DNA from: Botryllus schlosseri
Lineage: Eukaryota
DNA length: 64,000 bases
Assembly (NCBI GenBank): GCA_051294905.1
Contig: CM119371.1
Location: 25,670,001 to 25,734,000 of the forward strand
Reading direction: 5' to 3'
A model generated the notes under the pieces. The model was not told the DNA's origin. It saw only the letters and a list, made by a program, of their open reading frames with translations, and did no database searches. Below, piece after piece: positions 13,701-25,100 of this stretch. A program made the translations under genes and the position numbers. Every line of letters begins with the position of its first letter. Positions within the stretch are counted from its first letter, which is position 1.

Positions 13701-16700
13701 AAATACTTTCCAAAAATATGTTGTATAAGCCAACGGGCGATTACCACCCGATATACCGACGAATACGATATGGGATGGTTGGAACCCTCAAAATAGTCTG
13801 CTCAACAGCAATAGTATAGATATTTCGTCAAAGGGGCTATATTTACCCTATAATTTTCAATTGGCAATATCAATCCATTATAACGTCACAATTGAATATT
13901 CGTGACGTCATGACTTTGAAAAAAATGTTGTTTTAAATTTGTTTTAAATGCAACCGTAATCATGTCCGTGCGTGAGATCTTGGGGAATGAAGAACCTACA
14001 TTTTTTTTCAAAATTCTTCATACTATTGCTACGGTGTACTTATACACTACTGGTCACGAGACTGTGCTTATTCAATTTCAATTTCCTGTAAAGCTCTAAC
14101 AAATCCTGTTTTTTCGTCATGTTGCAAATGACCTTTGCGTGTATTGAGCAGGAATGTTCATCTACTGTACTGTAACTCAAATATTTCCTGCCATTTCTGT
14201 CACTACCTTAAGCTGAGTGCGTAACTATCAGTTTGCGGTGGATGTGGTATGGAAAATCGTGTTTACTAGGGTTACCATATTTTGTAAATCTGAAAAGAGG
14301 ACGCTTTTTCAAATTTTTTAGACCTGAAATACCGGAGGAAAACTGAAAAATTGGTAAATCTTCATCCACTTCGTGGTCGGTTGACTGAATAGGAATAAAA
14401 AAGGTCAATTTCCAGGCCCAGCGCCCAAAATAGCCGCCGGAGAGTTATTTCAATGCTGATTTACTGTAGGCTACCTCACTCGAATTTACTCCATATTTAA
14501 ACGAAATTCTCAAAAAAAGGGGCCAAAATCTCAAAAAAGAGGACATTTGGGCGTCCTCCGAGGAAACTTTCAGAAAATTCAAAAACGAGGACAGATCCTT
14601 TTAAAAGACGACGTATGGTAACCCTAGTGTTCACTGATTCTCGCTGTAATCCAAAGCGCATATGAAGGGTTGAATAACAATTTTTGATCAGATATGATTC
14701 ATAAAACTAAATCAACTAATTATCAGTGCATTGTACAGAAAATGAAGCATATCAGAAAACCCGGCGGTTTGTTATTCTTATGGTTTATTTTTGAGGTTTT
14801 TACAATTCCCAGTGCGAGTGGTAACACAAATATGTCGCAAGAGTACATACCGGTGTCGATTCCACGTTTAATATTTACTTTACCCGTTGTTTCGCCGAGG
14901 TGGCGATCAGACATGGTAACCATCCTTATAATCTATGTCTTTCTAGTTTCATTGGTTGCATTCGTTGTAAACTATATTGGATCAAGTCTCTATGTTGTTT
15001 TCGCGAATATAAACTTGGGACATAGAGTTTCCATATTTATTCAATCTCCACATACCCTGACCCAACACCGTAAAATTATTAAAGCTATCTACTCACGATA
15101 TAAATTTCAAAAAGTAATCCTCGTTGGAAGGGATCAACGGTATCAATCCAAATAGTATAGAGACCGTCCAGGATACCATGAGGAAAATTCCTGCTGTCTT
15201 GAATTTCGGCCTTGACATGGGTCTGAAATCAACGAAATCTAATCAGATCTATGGAAGAACATGCTAACAGAATCCACGGAACCGGAGGACTAGCGAGAAC
15301 ATAGAGAGGAAGGGGTAAAATGAGCAGGAGATATCCTGAAATACCGTTGTTGAATGGATTTTGATTTTTGAATTCAGAATGCATGTCGGAAACAAGGGAA
15401 ACTAAGGACGAAGGAAGGAATAACTAACAATCACTATTTAAATTGCCTAGGCCCAGATGGGTATCTGACCACAAAGACTACTCCAAGTCGTTTCCGGACC
15501 TTCCTATCTTTCATGGTATCGCAGTCTTGTGATTTTTGAAATGATGAAATTTTATGAATAAACTTGAAACTTGAACTAACATTTGTGTCCGAAAAATAGA
15601 AAGAATAACCTACAGCCACTATTATTTTACGTAGTAAGCAATTATAGTCGAGAATTGCGGAAGGCTGCGGCAATAGATCCGCATTATCATGTACGACCGG
15701 AAACTGTCTGTAGGCCACACAAAGTCACGTCGCTGACCGTGTGTTGCCCGTCCCTGGTCAATCTATATCAATACTTACCTCATGACAGCATGGAGACGGT
15801 ACACTGTTATTAAAACCATAGTCAGAACCGATTGTTCGGACCCAATGATCAACAGAGCGCCCAACATAGAACAAGTGGTGCTTGATCTCCAATCAACGTC
15901 AATATTGCAGTAACTCCCTTCCACTTGAACGGCTTTGATGCAAATGGAAACGGTGTATACCTGTAGTTGTTAGTGAGAATGAGAAAGACGTCAGCACTCA
16001 ACATTCGCATGCGATTCATTACCCCAACGAGTAAGTCAGAAATCGATAGACTGAGTATAAGGAGCTTGTTGATGTTTGTGCGCGATGACTTGGTTGCACG
16101 TCCCCCAGATTTCATAATGTCATGCAGTGTCGATACAACTACAGAAGTACATCCGATGATAGCAAAGATGCCTGTTCAACAACAAGTTTTCACTTGTATT
16201 ACTCTCAACAGCACAGTGTTGTCACAATTGTCTATTGAACTATTGCATCGCCTCCAAATATTGAAGAATCCCTGTAATTTCACTAGTTTTTTAAGCCAGT
16301 TCAAATATTCAGTAGGCCTATAGCGAAGTTTTCGACTGCTTTTACAAGGTGACTTTTAGATATTGAACAAGCAATCGGTAACATAAACATATGCCAATGT
16401 ATCATTATATAAAGAAAAGCTATGGATAAAATTCAAAAACACGAAATTTCCGAAATATAAGATTGCAAAATGCATTAAAACAATGAGGCCCTTAGTAATA
16501 AAGTGAATAAAAAAAGTGGACTCAAGTCGGACATAGTGATGAATGATGATGACATTGAACTAATTTATGAACATAACTATTCTCCTTCAGTCATTTCAAT
16601 ATGCAGGTTAGATCTTAATATGTAACATATATTTGCGATTAGATATCTGGACTATACAAGCAGGATTTGTGCTCTTCTTTCAATAAAACTAAAATGTCCT

Positions 16701-17736
16701 AGGAGTACGCCTGAATGTCATCTTTGTTTCGCAATCCGACCTCTTTATTTTGTTTTGAACGTTAGGCGACCACACAGATGCGGCCATAGTTATATCGCAA
16801 CAAAGTACACGTGTCAATATTTTTTTTTCTGGAGCTGTCGTCGAAGTTGACAAAGGTACCGACGCGTTAAGTTGACTGTCAGAATATTCTGTATAAATTT
16901 CCAATTTTTATGTCCATTATTGATATTTGAAAAAGTGTCCAATTTGTCGGATCTTAAAATATGGTAACCCTATCGATTACGCAACTTACTAAATATCCAC
17001 ACCAATAGAAGGACACCTTTGTTAGTAATCAGAGACCGTTCATCTGAAAATGCACTGACTATACGCAACTTACTAAATATCCACACCAATAGAAGGACAC
17101 CTTTGTTAGTAATCAGAGACCGTTCATCTGAAAATGCACTGACTATACAGCCAGGCTGGCATTCGTCTACTCCGGACAAACAATCCTTGCTGCCGTCGCA
17201 AACCTAGAAATCGAGAGATTCAATTTACCAAAGCAAAAAAATCATTATTGGACGCGACTGATGCGTCCCATAGTTATTGCTTTAAATATATCAGTTTCGT
17301 GTACCCGGATTGACGTATAAGTTAATAAGTCTGTCATTGTGGTTCTACTCCGTTTGTCATTATTCCCCAAGTGTCAAATATGCTGATTTTGCATTACTGC
17401 ACGGAAAAACGTCAATAAAATTGCAACATTGAGTCACGAGATCCATGGTGTAGGTAATGGAAATAAAATAGGAAATTATATGATTTGCAATAAATATCTT
17501 CGAATGTCATATTATATATATAGATGCTGTATTTTTATGGATATCGCACTTTGCAAAATCCACAGTATATTCTGATGTTTCACTTGAGCGACCTATAATT
17601 GTGGGAAACGGATAAATTATACACTTCAAATGCTTACCGCTTTTCCCTGAATGTATGCTCCATTGTGAGTACTATCGCACGAGAAATAAGTGCAATTTCT
17701 TGTGTCTTTACTTGAACTTTCCAAAGAACTATTTTT
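10730..17736 (-). CDS. LDLa-containing rhodopsin-class GPCR, relaxin-receptor/GRL101-like. Exons 17638-17736, 17074-17203, 16023-16171, 15779-15960, 15097-15222, 13414-13524, 13139-13357, 11863-12017, 10730-10974; 5' exons unresolved.
   Basis: All introns are GT-AG and phase-compatible. Translation gives LDLa CTYFSCDSTHNGAYIQGKAVCDGSKDCLSGVDEC; TM2 LSLSISDLLVGVY; YCNIDVDWRSSTTCSMLG..SEQSV..ITVYR; GYYSSHTVCLP; TM6 SDFLCWMP; TM7 LPINSALNPFLYS; stop TAA at 10730-10732. Confidence 0.9.
14267..14626. mobile_element. hAT MITE in a GPCR intron
   Basis: TIR tagggttaccata / tatggtaacccta; TSD gtgtttac / gtgttcac (1 mismatch). Confidence 0.8.
16978..17148. repeat. 84-bp tandem duplication of a GPCR exon end plus its splice donor
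   Basis: Two identical 84-bp copies starting at 16978 and 17062; the ORF track shows IVSAFSDERSLITNKGVLLLVWIFSKLR twice. Confidence 0.95.
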
Positions 17737-19257
17737 CTAAAATGTATATACATCTAAAGTTCTATATCAACACCAAGGGAATTTGTACCAGTTATATCGT
17801 ACTCTCGGATGGCGAAGTATGCTAATGAGTAACAGTAAATTATTCACTGGCATTTTCTTCATGGATAAGCTGCTTATAACAATAGTATTACCATTCAATT
17901 CAACGCTAGCATGGATGTACCTGACTTCCTCTGCTTCTTTTCGTCAACACCTCGTGATAGGATACACTGATACAACGGTACCTGTAGAAAATTCATGGCT
18001 CAATTGAACACATACTGTCAGAGATATATTGTTTGGAACGCCATGAAAGACTTTTCGGGTGTCTTTACACTAATAGAATTTATATCAGTGATTCTGGAAC
18101 TTATTGTGTCCGACGTCCGTTTGGGGTCCGCGACTCACGAGAGAGTATTCTGGGACCTTGGACACTTTTGTAAAATTTACACGAGCCAGAATCAAAACGT
18201 TGTCGAATATAAATAATTTCATACAATTTTACAATCAAAAGTCGAAGGGCGGCTTACATCGATTCGTAAACCAAAATAAAGTTAAGATTAATTTTGGGCA
18301 GATTTTTTTAATCTGAATTTTTTCTGGATTTCTTGCTTCTGCCATGGTAACCCCTCCGAAAAAATACTCATATTTGTTACAGTAAAAGACTAAGGGCACT
18401 TGAAAGTATGGATTAACGGTATATTATTAGTATAGCTTGAGACCACTGGGATAGCTTGGTCTAGGCATGTGCTTGTATGGGTGCAGGAGCTTTAGGCATC
18501 GACATTTCGGCACCCGACACTTCCGCATTAAGGCACTCCGCCAGATATTAATTTTCAGCCAACATGCGGCTTCGCGAAGTGTGGTGCTAAAAAGAAAGTG
18601 GCGATAAACCCATCAGCCCAAAATGGCCGCTGCATTTCGGTCTAAAGCGAAGCATCCAATAATGATATGTCGAGGCGCCCAAATGACATATCTTTGCAAT
18701 CTCAGCCCCACCCACGGTTCACCCGCAACTCGCAACTAAATATATTGCGTCTGCGAAGAAATGCTAATTGAGATCAACTGTCATCCTACGACTGAGCGAC
18801 ATCCAATTTCATCAGAGAAGCGACAATCATTACTTGATGATGTCTCAAACAAAATATTACCAAAAAATGTTAACAAAAAAATATTACTAGTATCATGTAG
18901 TCTGATGGTTACGCGCGAGACCATCGTGGATAATGAACGTAACCTTGCGGTATGAACAATAACCATGGAAGAATAATCATAAGAATAAACCGATCACGCG
19001 AGCTAATGGAAAGACAAAAATTTATAGTTGTAATAACAAGAACAAAGACCACACACGGATGTAATAGATAGAAATAGATTTTTCATAATACTAATTCGCT
19101 AGCGTTGTTGGTGCGTATATAGTCGGCTAGTATAGTAATAGCTGATAGCTATAAATAAATAAGTCCATCGTTCAAGACAGGGGTGGGCAATTACTTTTCT
19201 CCGCGGGCCAAATGAGAAGCGGAAATATGTTGGCGGGCGGAGTCAGATATTTTAGAC

Positions 19258-19657
19258 CAGTGGTTCCCAACCTTTTTCGACCCATCGCCCCCTTTTCAAG
19301 GTCAACACCGATCATCGCCCCCCAAATTTTGTGCACCGATAATTGGGCATACAGACTGTAATGACCGGCGGGTTGACTAAAAAAAAAAAAAAGGTCATCT
19401 TTCTCCGCTCAGAGCTGAAAATAACGTTTTTTCGCTCCGCATTGCTAGGTGGATGACTAAAAAAAAAAAAAAAAAAAAAAAAAAAGGTCAGCCGTTTTTA
19501 CGCGTCATCGCCCCCCTATCGCCCCCTTCGCTATTTTCGCCCACCTTCGCCCCCTTTGTCCATTTTCGCCCCCCTGTCGCCCCCTTTGTCATTTTCGCCC
19601 CCCTAGATCGCCAAATCGCCCCTTGGGGGGCGATATCGCCCACGTTGGGAACCACTG
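19258..19657. mobile_element. 400-bp hAT MITE, copy A
   Basis: TIR cagtggttcccaac; perfect TSD ttttagac; tcgcccc subterminal repeats. Confidence 0.92.
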
Positions 19658-20369
19658 TTTTAGACTATCCAGCGCATTGACTTCATTTCTAAATTGGGAG
19701 CAGGGAATTATACGGATTGGTGCTTAGTGGATGTGTTGATATTGGGGAATGACAAAGTGACGGTTAATTACCCAAAAATATACATATTTGCCGTCATATT
19801 TTGAAACAATATTAAACGTGATACATTTTAAAGTTTCTCTAACCCCCTATCCACGTTTTTCTATCAATACATTGAAATGTATTTGGAATGGCCGAAACAA
19901 CCCGTCGTCACCCCCTCCCCCCAAACGTTGGTCTTGGATCCCCATAGAGTTCTAAACCAAGCTTCTGGGGGCTTCGCCCACAGATCATCCCCATCGAGAT
20001 GCACGAGATGTCTTGTCTACACTAATTGGCAACGTTTATGCACTAATCGCGCGAAGCGCATAATTTTTTCATGATTCATGATTCAATCGGTCAATAATAT
20101 TAGTAATTGCATATATATTGCTATATTTTTCAACCTATCTCATCCACGTAGTGGCCTACTCAGCTTTACCGCTAGAGCTGAACTCTATGTTTTAACCTCT
20201 CTCAGCCCACGTAGTGGCCTACTCAGTTTTACCGCTAGAGCTGAGTGAGGAACTGTCTTGGAAATATTCGGGCGGGCCCGTTGGTGTAATTACTTCGTTA
20301 CATGTCGTTATTTCGTGACCTACCATCTGCTATGTGATAAGATATTGAAATCGCCAAAGCGTTCTAAAA

Positions 20370-20769
20370 CAGTGGTTCCCAACGTGGGCGATATCGCCCC
20401 CCAAGGGGCGATTTGGCGATCTAGGGGGGCGAAAATGACAAAGGGGGCGACAGGGGGGCGAAAATGGACAAAGGGGGCGAAGGTGGGCGAAAATAGCGAA
20501 GGGGGCGATAGGGGGGCGATGACGCGTAAAAACGGCTGACCTTTTTTTTTTTTTTTTTTTTTTTTTTTAGTCATCCACCTAGCAATGCGGAGCGAAAAAA
20601 CGTTATTTTCAGCTCTGAGCGGAGAAAGATGACCTTTTTTTTTTTTTTAGTCAACCCGCCGGTCATTACAGTCTGTATGCCCAATTATCGGTGCACAAAA
20701 TTTGGGGGGCGATGATCGGTGTTGACCTTGAAAAGGGGGCGATGGGTCGAAAAAGGTTGGGAACCACTG
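20370..20769. mobile_element. 400-bp hAT MITE, copy B (inverted relative to A)
   Basis: Same TIRs; perfect TSD ttctaaaa; apparently the exact reverse complement of copy A. Confidence 0.92.
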
Positions 20770-20917
20770 TTCTAAAAAGACGCACCCGATTCCCGATTGG
20801 TGTTTCTCCACTGGGGAATATTACCTATGGACAATTGGACTTCGTGGTTTTCGGTCAACATAAGGGCAGTCCTTTTCGGCCAAGGTATTGTTGATATAAA
20901 ATGTATACGAATAAAGA

Positions 20918-20966
20918 TTCTCTCTCTCTCTTTCTCTATCTCTCTCTCGTTCTCTCTCTCTCTCTC
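20918..20966. repeat. (CT)n microsatellite, imperfect
   Basis: ctctctctctc tttctctatc tctctctcgt tctctctctc tctctc. Confidence 0.9.
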
Positions 20967-21406
20967 AAGAGCATTGGACAACGATCATGCGCCGTGATAC
21001 AATTAAACATACAAATACACAACAAATAATATACGAAGGATTGAAGAAAAGATCTTGTCGTATAGACTTCGAGGCAAATGAGTCTGGTAATAGCTTTTTC
21101 GATGTGAAAAGTCGTGAGATTTCCGTACTTACTTAAGAAAGCAGTTTAAATACAAGTTAAGTTTAAACTCATTCACCACCGTGGCAGCGCAAACAATCCA
21201 TCGACGGGACGAATTGAATCCAACTTTTTTCAACCTGTAATCGGAAAGTAGATTGATTGGTATCGAGGACTGGCAAAGCTGACTCGTTTTCGATGACTCT
21301 CTTTATATATCAAGCATTGCAGTATATTCTGCCTTACAATATGTGAGTAGGAATACTTTAACATCTTATCAGAGCACTCGGCCTCAACAAAACGTTCCAT
21401 AAGATT

Positions 21407-21857
21407 GGGGGATGTGGTACCGATGGATCAAAAATTGCAAAATGATCTCTGGCCCTCAAATTTTCAGCCGAGAATAGCAGATTTTTTGCTGTCCGAACAC
21501 TTTGATACAAGCTCTAACGATCGCGGACATTTACATGGGTATCCTCATTTTCAAAAAATATTTATAAACGTTTAAAATTTGTTGCTCAAACGTATCAACG
21601 GTCCCCACCCGGAGGGTCCAATGGCGCACGCCGATAAGATCTATGAGACAAACGTTAAAAACTCAATTTTTTCAACTTGTTTTGTTGTGTACTAATGTAA
21701 ACAACAGCATGACAATAAAGAATATATCTTCGCCACCTACAATATTAAAATAGATAATATCAAAACAAATTATATTAACTCCGCTATTCTTGGCTGAAGA
21801 TTTGATGGCCAGAGATCATTTTGGAATTAAGGATTCATCGGTACCACGTCTCCCCCA
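21407..21857. mobile_element. MITE with GGGGA(GA)TGTGGTACCGATG-type TIRs
   Basis: ggggatgtggtaccgatggatc...catcggtaccacgtctccccc; same family as 45950-46910. Confidence 0.6.
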
Positions 21858-22116
21858 CCTAGCCATAGCGATAAAACACCGCAGCTGACTATGATTTGCA
21901 ATCTCTATATATGTAAGCGTGTTTCTGTTAAGTGATTAGTAAGTCCAACTATTTGCTTAATTTGGCTATGGTGCGATAGGTACGCCACCCTCTAAATATT
22001 GTATTTGAAGTGAAAATAGTCAACTCGAGGATGGTACTGATTCAAAAATAAGTGCCATTATATACTCAGATACAAGCCCTATACTTCACTTTAAAATTCA
22101 TGGCTGGTTTGTTAGT

Positions 22117-25100
22117 AGTAGTTATGTAGATCGGTCGTGATTTGCCTGGGGTTCTTATGGGCGGGGTGGTGACTCGCCTGAAAACCGGGGGTGGTGACTC
22201 GCCTTTTTAGACCCCCCTCTCGGCGGTGAGTCGCCATGTGTTCTTATGGGTGCGGCCGTGATTCGCCCTTTCAGGTATAGCTCGTGGCGGTGATTCGCCG
22301 TGAAAACTCGGGGTCGTGACTCGCCTTTTTTGCTATAGGCGGTGGCGGTGATTCGCCTGTCGTGTATTCTTAAGCGGTCTCTGGTGACTCGCCATGTGTT
22401 CTTATGGGTGCGGGCGTGAATCGCCCTTTCAGGCATCTCTCGCACGGTGTTGAATATGTATCAAGTAAATAGTCATGTGAATGAACCTTTGTTAATGTGT
22501 ATATCGTAAATTATTATATATGATGTAGTTTAGTCGTGACAAATGACCGATCGTGTTCTAAGTCTTTCCTCGCTATTGATTGCTAGCTGGATAATACTTT
22601 CAGTTCGGATTATTCGCACCTTCCGTACCGCTGTTTCGCACCTATAGATTAGTCTGCTGTTCACAGTCGTGACTTCACCGCGATAGCGCAATTTTCGATC
22701 AGTCGCATGGTAATGTTTTGCTATTTAGTTTACCACAGAGCCGGCGTAGACGGTGATTCGAATACCAACAATAGCCGCGTTCACATACCAACACTCCAAA
22801 AAGGTGTGAAATATTTCCTACGACCACTCACAAGATAGCACATCAGAATAGTCATCTCTAGTGGTTTGATGTTACAAAGATAGGAATCACGCACAAGTAA
22901 TATTTTGGTAATAAGTTTGTCACATAACCGGCATAGATGATGATACCAACAATAGCCGCGTTCACAAACTAACACTTCAAAAAGGTGTGAAATAGGTTGC
23001 AAACCCCGCGATCGCTAACAAGATATTGTCTCGGACATAACCATCTTTCGCGACTTGCTGTTACATACATTCCAATCACTCACAAGATACTATTTTGGTA
23101 CTTAGTTTGTCACAGAACCGGATTTCACTGGTAAAATTTAATAATTAACGAATAACAGAGCCGGCGTAGACGGTGTTTCGAATACCGACAAATTCTCACT
23201 TATTTCTGATCCCGCCCTAATCCTTTGCGAAGTTGACGCTTATTCGAAAAGGTGTGAAATAATTGTAAAACCCTACGTCGCTGACAGGATAATGCATCAG
23301 ACATAGCGATCTAGTTATAGCACGGGTCGGAATCCATTCGCGAGATGTTCTATAGGCAAATTGAGATAATCCGAAACGAAATATTTTGACTTTGGTGTAG
23401 TGTGAATTGAAATAGGATTGACAAACATGACTATCAACTTTCCACAGTCCCATATTGATATTATACGCATATTGATTTGAAACAAGTAATGGAACATTGC
23501 AACTCTATTCGCGATCCGACTTTTCGTTTGTCAAAGCGACATTTTAACATCTTACCATACTCAAAAGAATTATTTACAACATTAACAAGTGTTCAAAATC
23601 TAGTTTTCCATTGCTTGATTATATCACTGCAACTCACAAATTTGAATTAATTCATCCTGGTTGTATTCGTATGATCGGTCTTTTTTATTCAATTGTAAAG
23701 GTCGTTACTATTCTGAAGACAATGTAAGCTATTTACTAATCGACACATAAATGACTTGACATAAACATATTATATTTCGAGTATACGAGATTTGAATGTC
23801 TGAACAATAACCGAGAAATAATTTATTACAATAAAATACGTATATTACAGCGTAAAAGATGTTTGAATGTCAGCAACTCTGTACGGTCATAGTTACTACC
23901 ACTAATTTACCCGACCAACTCGTCATGATCATTCCTGAAATCAACACAAATATGACCACTGACTTGAGTTAACCACAAAACAGCATCAAGTTTTAAATCC
24001 ACTCGTAGCTTACGGATTACTTGAATGCTGGTTATGTTTTGTTGTAATTGAGTTAACGAAATAGTATTACGTCTCGACATCTTACCATCTTACCATATTC
24101 AAAGATTCAACCACGAAAACATTGTCAAGTAAATCCGTTAACCGACCAACTCAAACAGTATCAATACGAAAAACAACCAAACATACACGAATCCATACAA
24201 TCACTAAAACCTAAAATCCATAACAAGCTTGGTTGTATTCATATCCCTACGCGTCTTTTTTATTCAACTTGAAAAGTCGTTACTATTCTGTAAGATAAAG
24301 GAATTACTACGCGGTATATTCTGCAAGACAAACTAATTACTACTCGGTATATTTTGAAAGACAAAAGTAATTACTTCTCAGTGTCGGCGACTTGAGATTA
24401 ACATAATATGTTTGAGTATGCGAGATTTGACAGTCTGACCATCGTAGTTTCTTACAAACGAACACAGGTGTTATATCAAAAATTATCATGATGTAAACAT
24501 AAGGATTGACACATTGATCATTACTTTATTATTAAATTATTTGCGTTAATTAAACCCGGCGTTGTGGTAAATGTTATGACAGCAACAAACTTTTCAGTAC
24601 CAATGTTATTAACATATTAAGCTGTAAACTATGTGTGTCTGAAATGTTTTGATTGGGAAGATTACTCCACCTTGGTAAAAATCACTCTGCGTATCGCGAT
24701 ATCAGGAAATATTTTACAAATGTAATTGTTTCCAGTAACCAAGACTAAAGATGAAACAGCAATATCGGTATTATTACATTCAACAATCAGTACAATTATT
24801 AAAATCTATCGTTTGCGATAAACAGCACTAAAGATGTAATAATTCCAGTATTCATACATTGAACATCCGATACAAAATGCTTTATTATCCCGATTCCCAA
24901 CGGGTAATTGAAACGACTAAGTGTAGAATCAGTATATCACAATATCGTTACCATTGAATCCAACGATTTATTGTCGGAATTTGCGACAGAGAATTGAAAC
25001 ATATGCACTTTACAGAGTGTGAAAATATCACTTTGAGTATCGAGTACCGTTCGAAGCTAGCAATCAATTCTTGATCATTTCAGTAACTCCCCATTGTGCG

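Noticed and set aside
14694..15155. 153-aa + strand ORF
   Set aside because: Antisense to a GPCR exon and intron, with no recognisable motif.
19453..20574. Poly-Lys/Pro-rich ORFs
   Set aside because: Translations of MITE poly-A runs and tcgcccc repeats.
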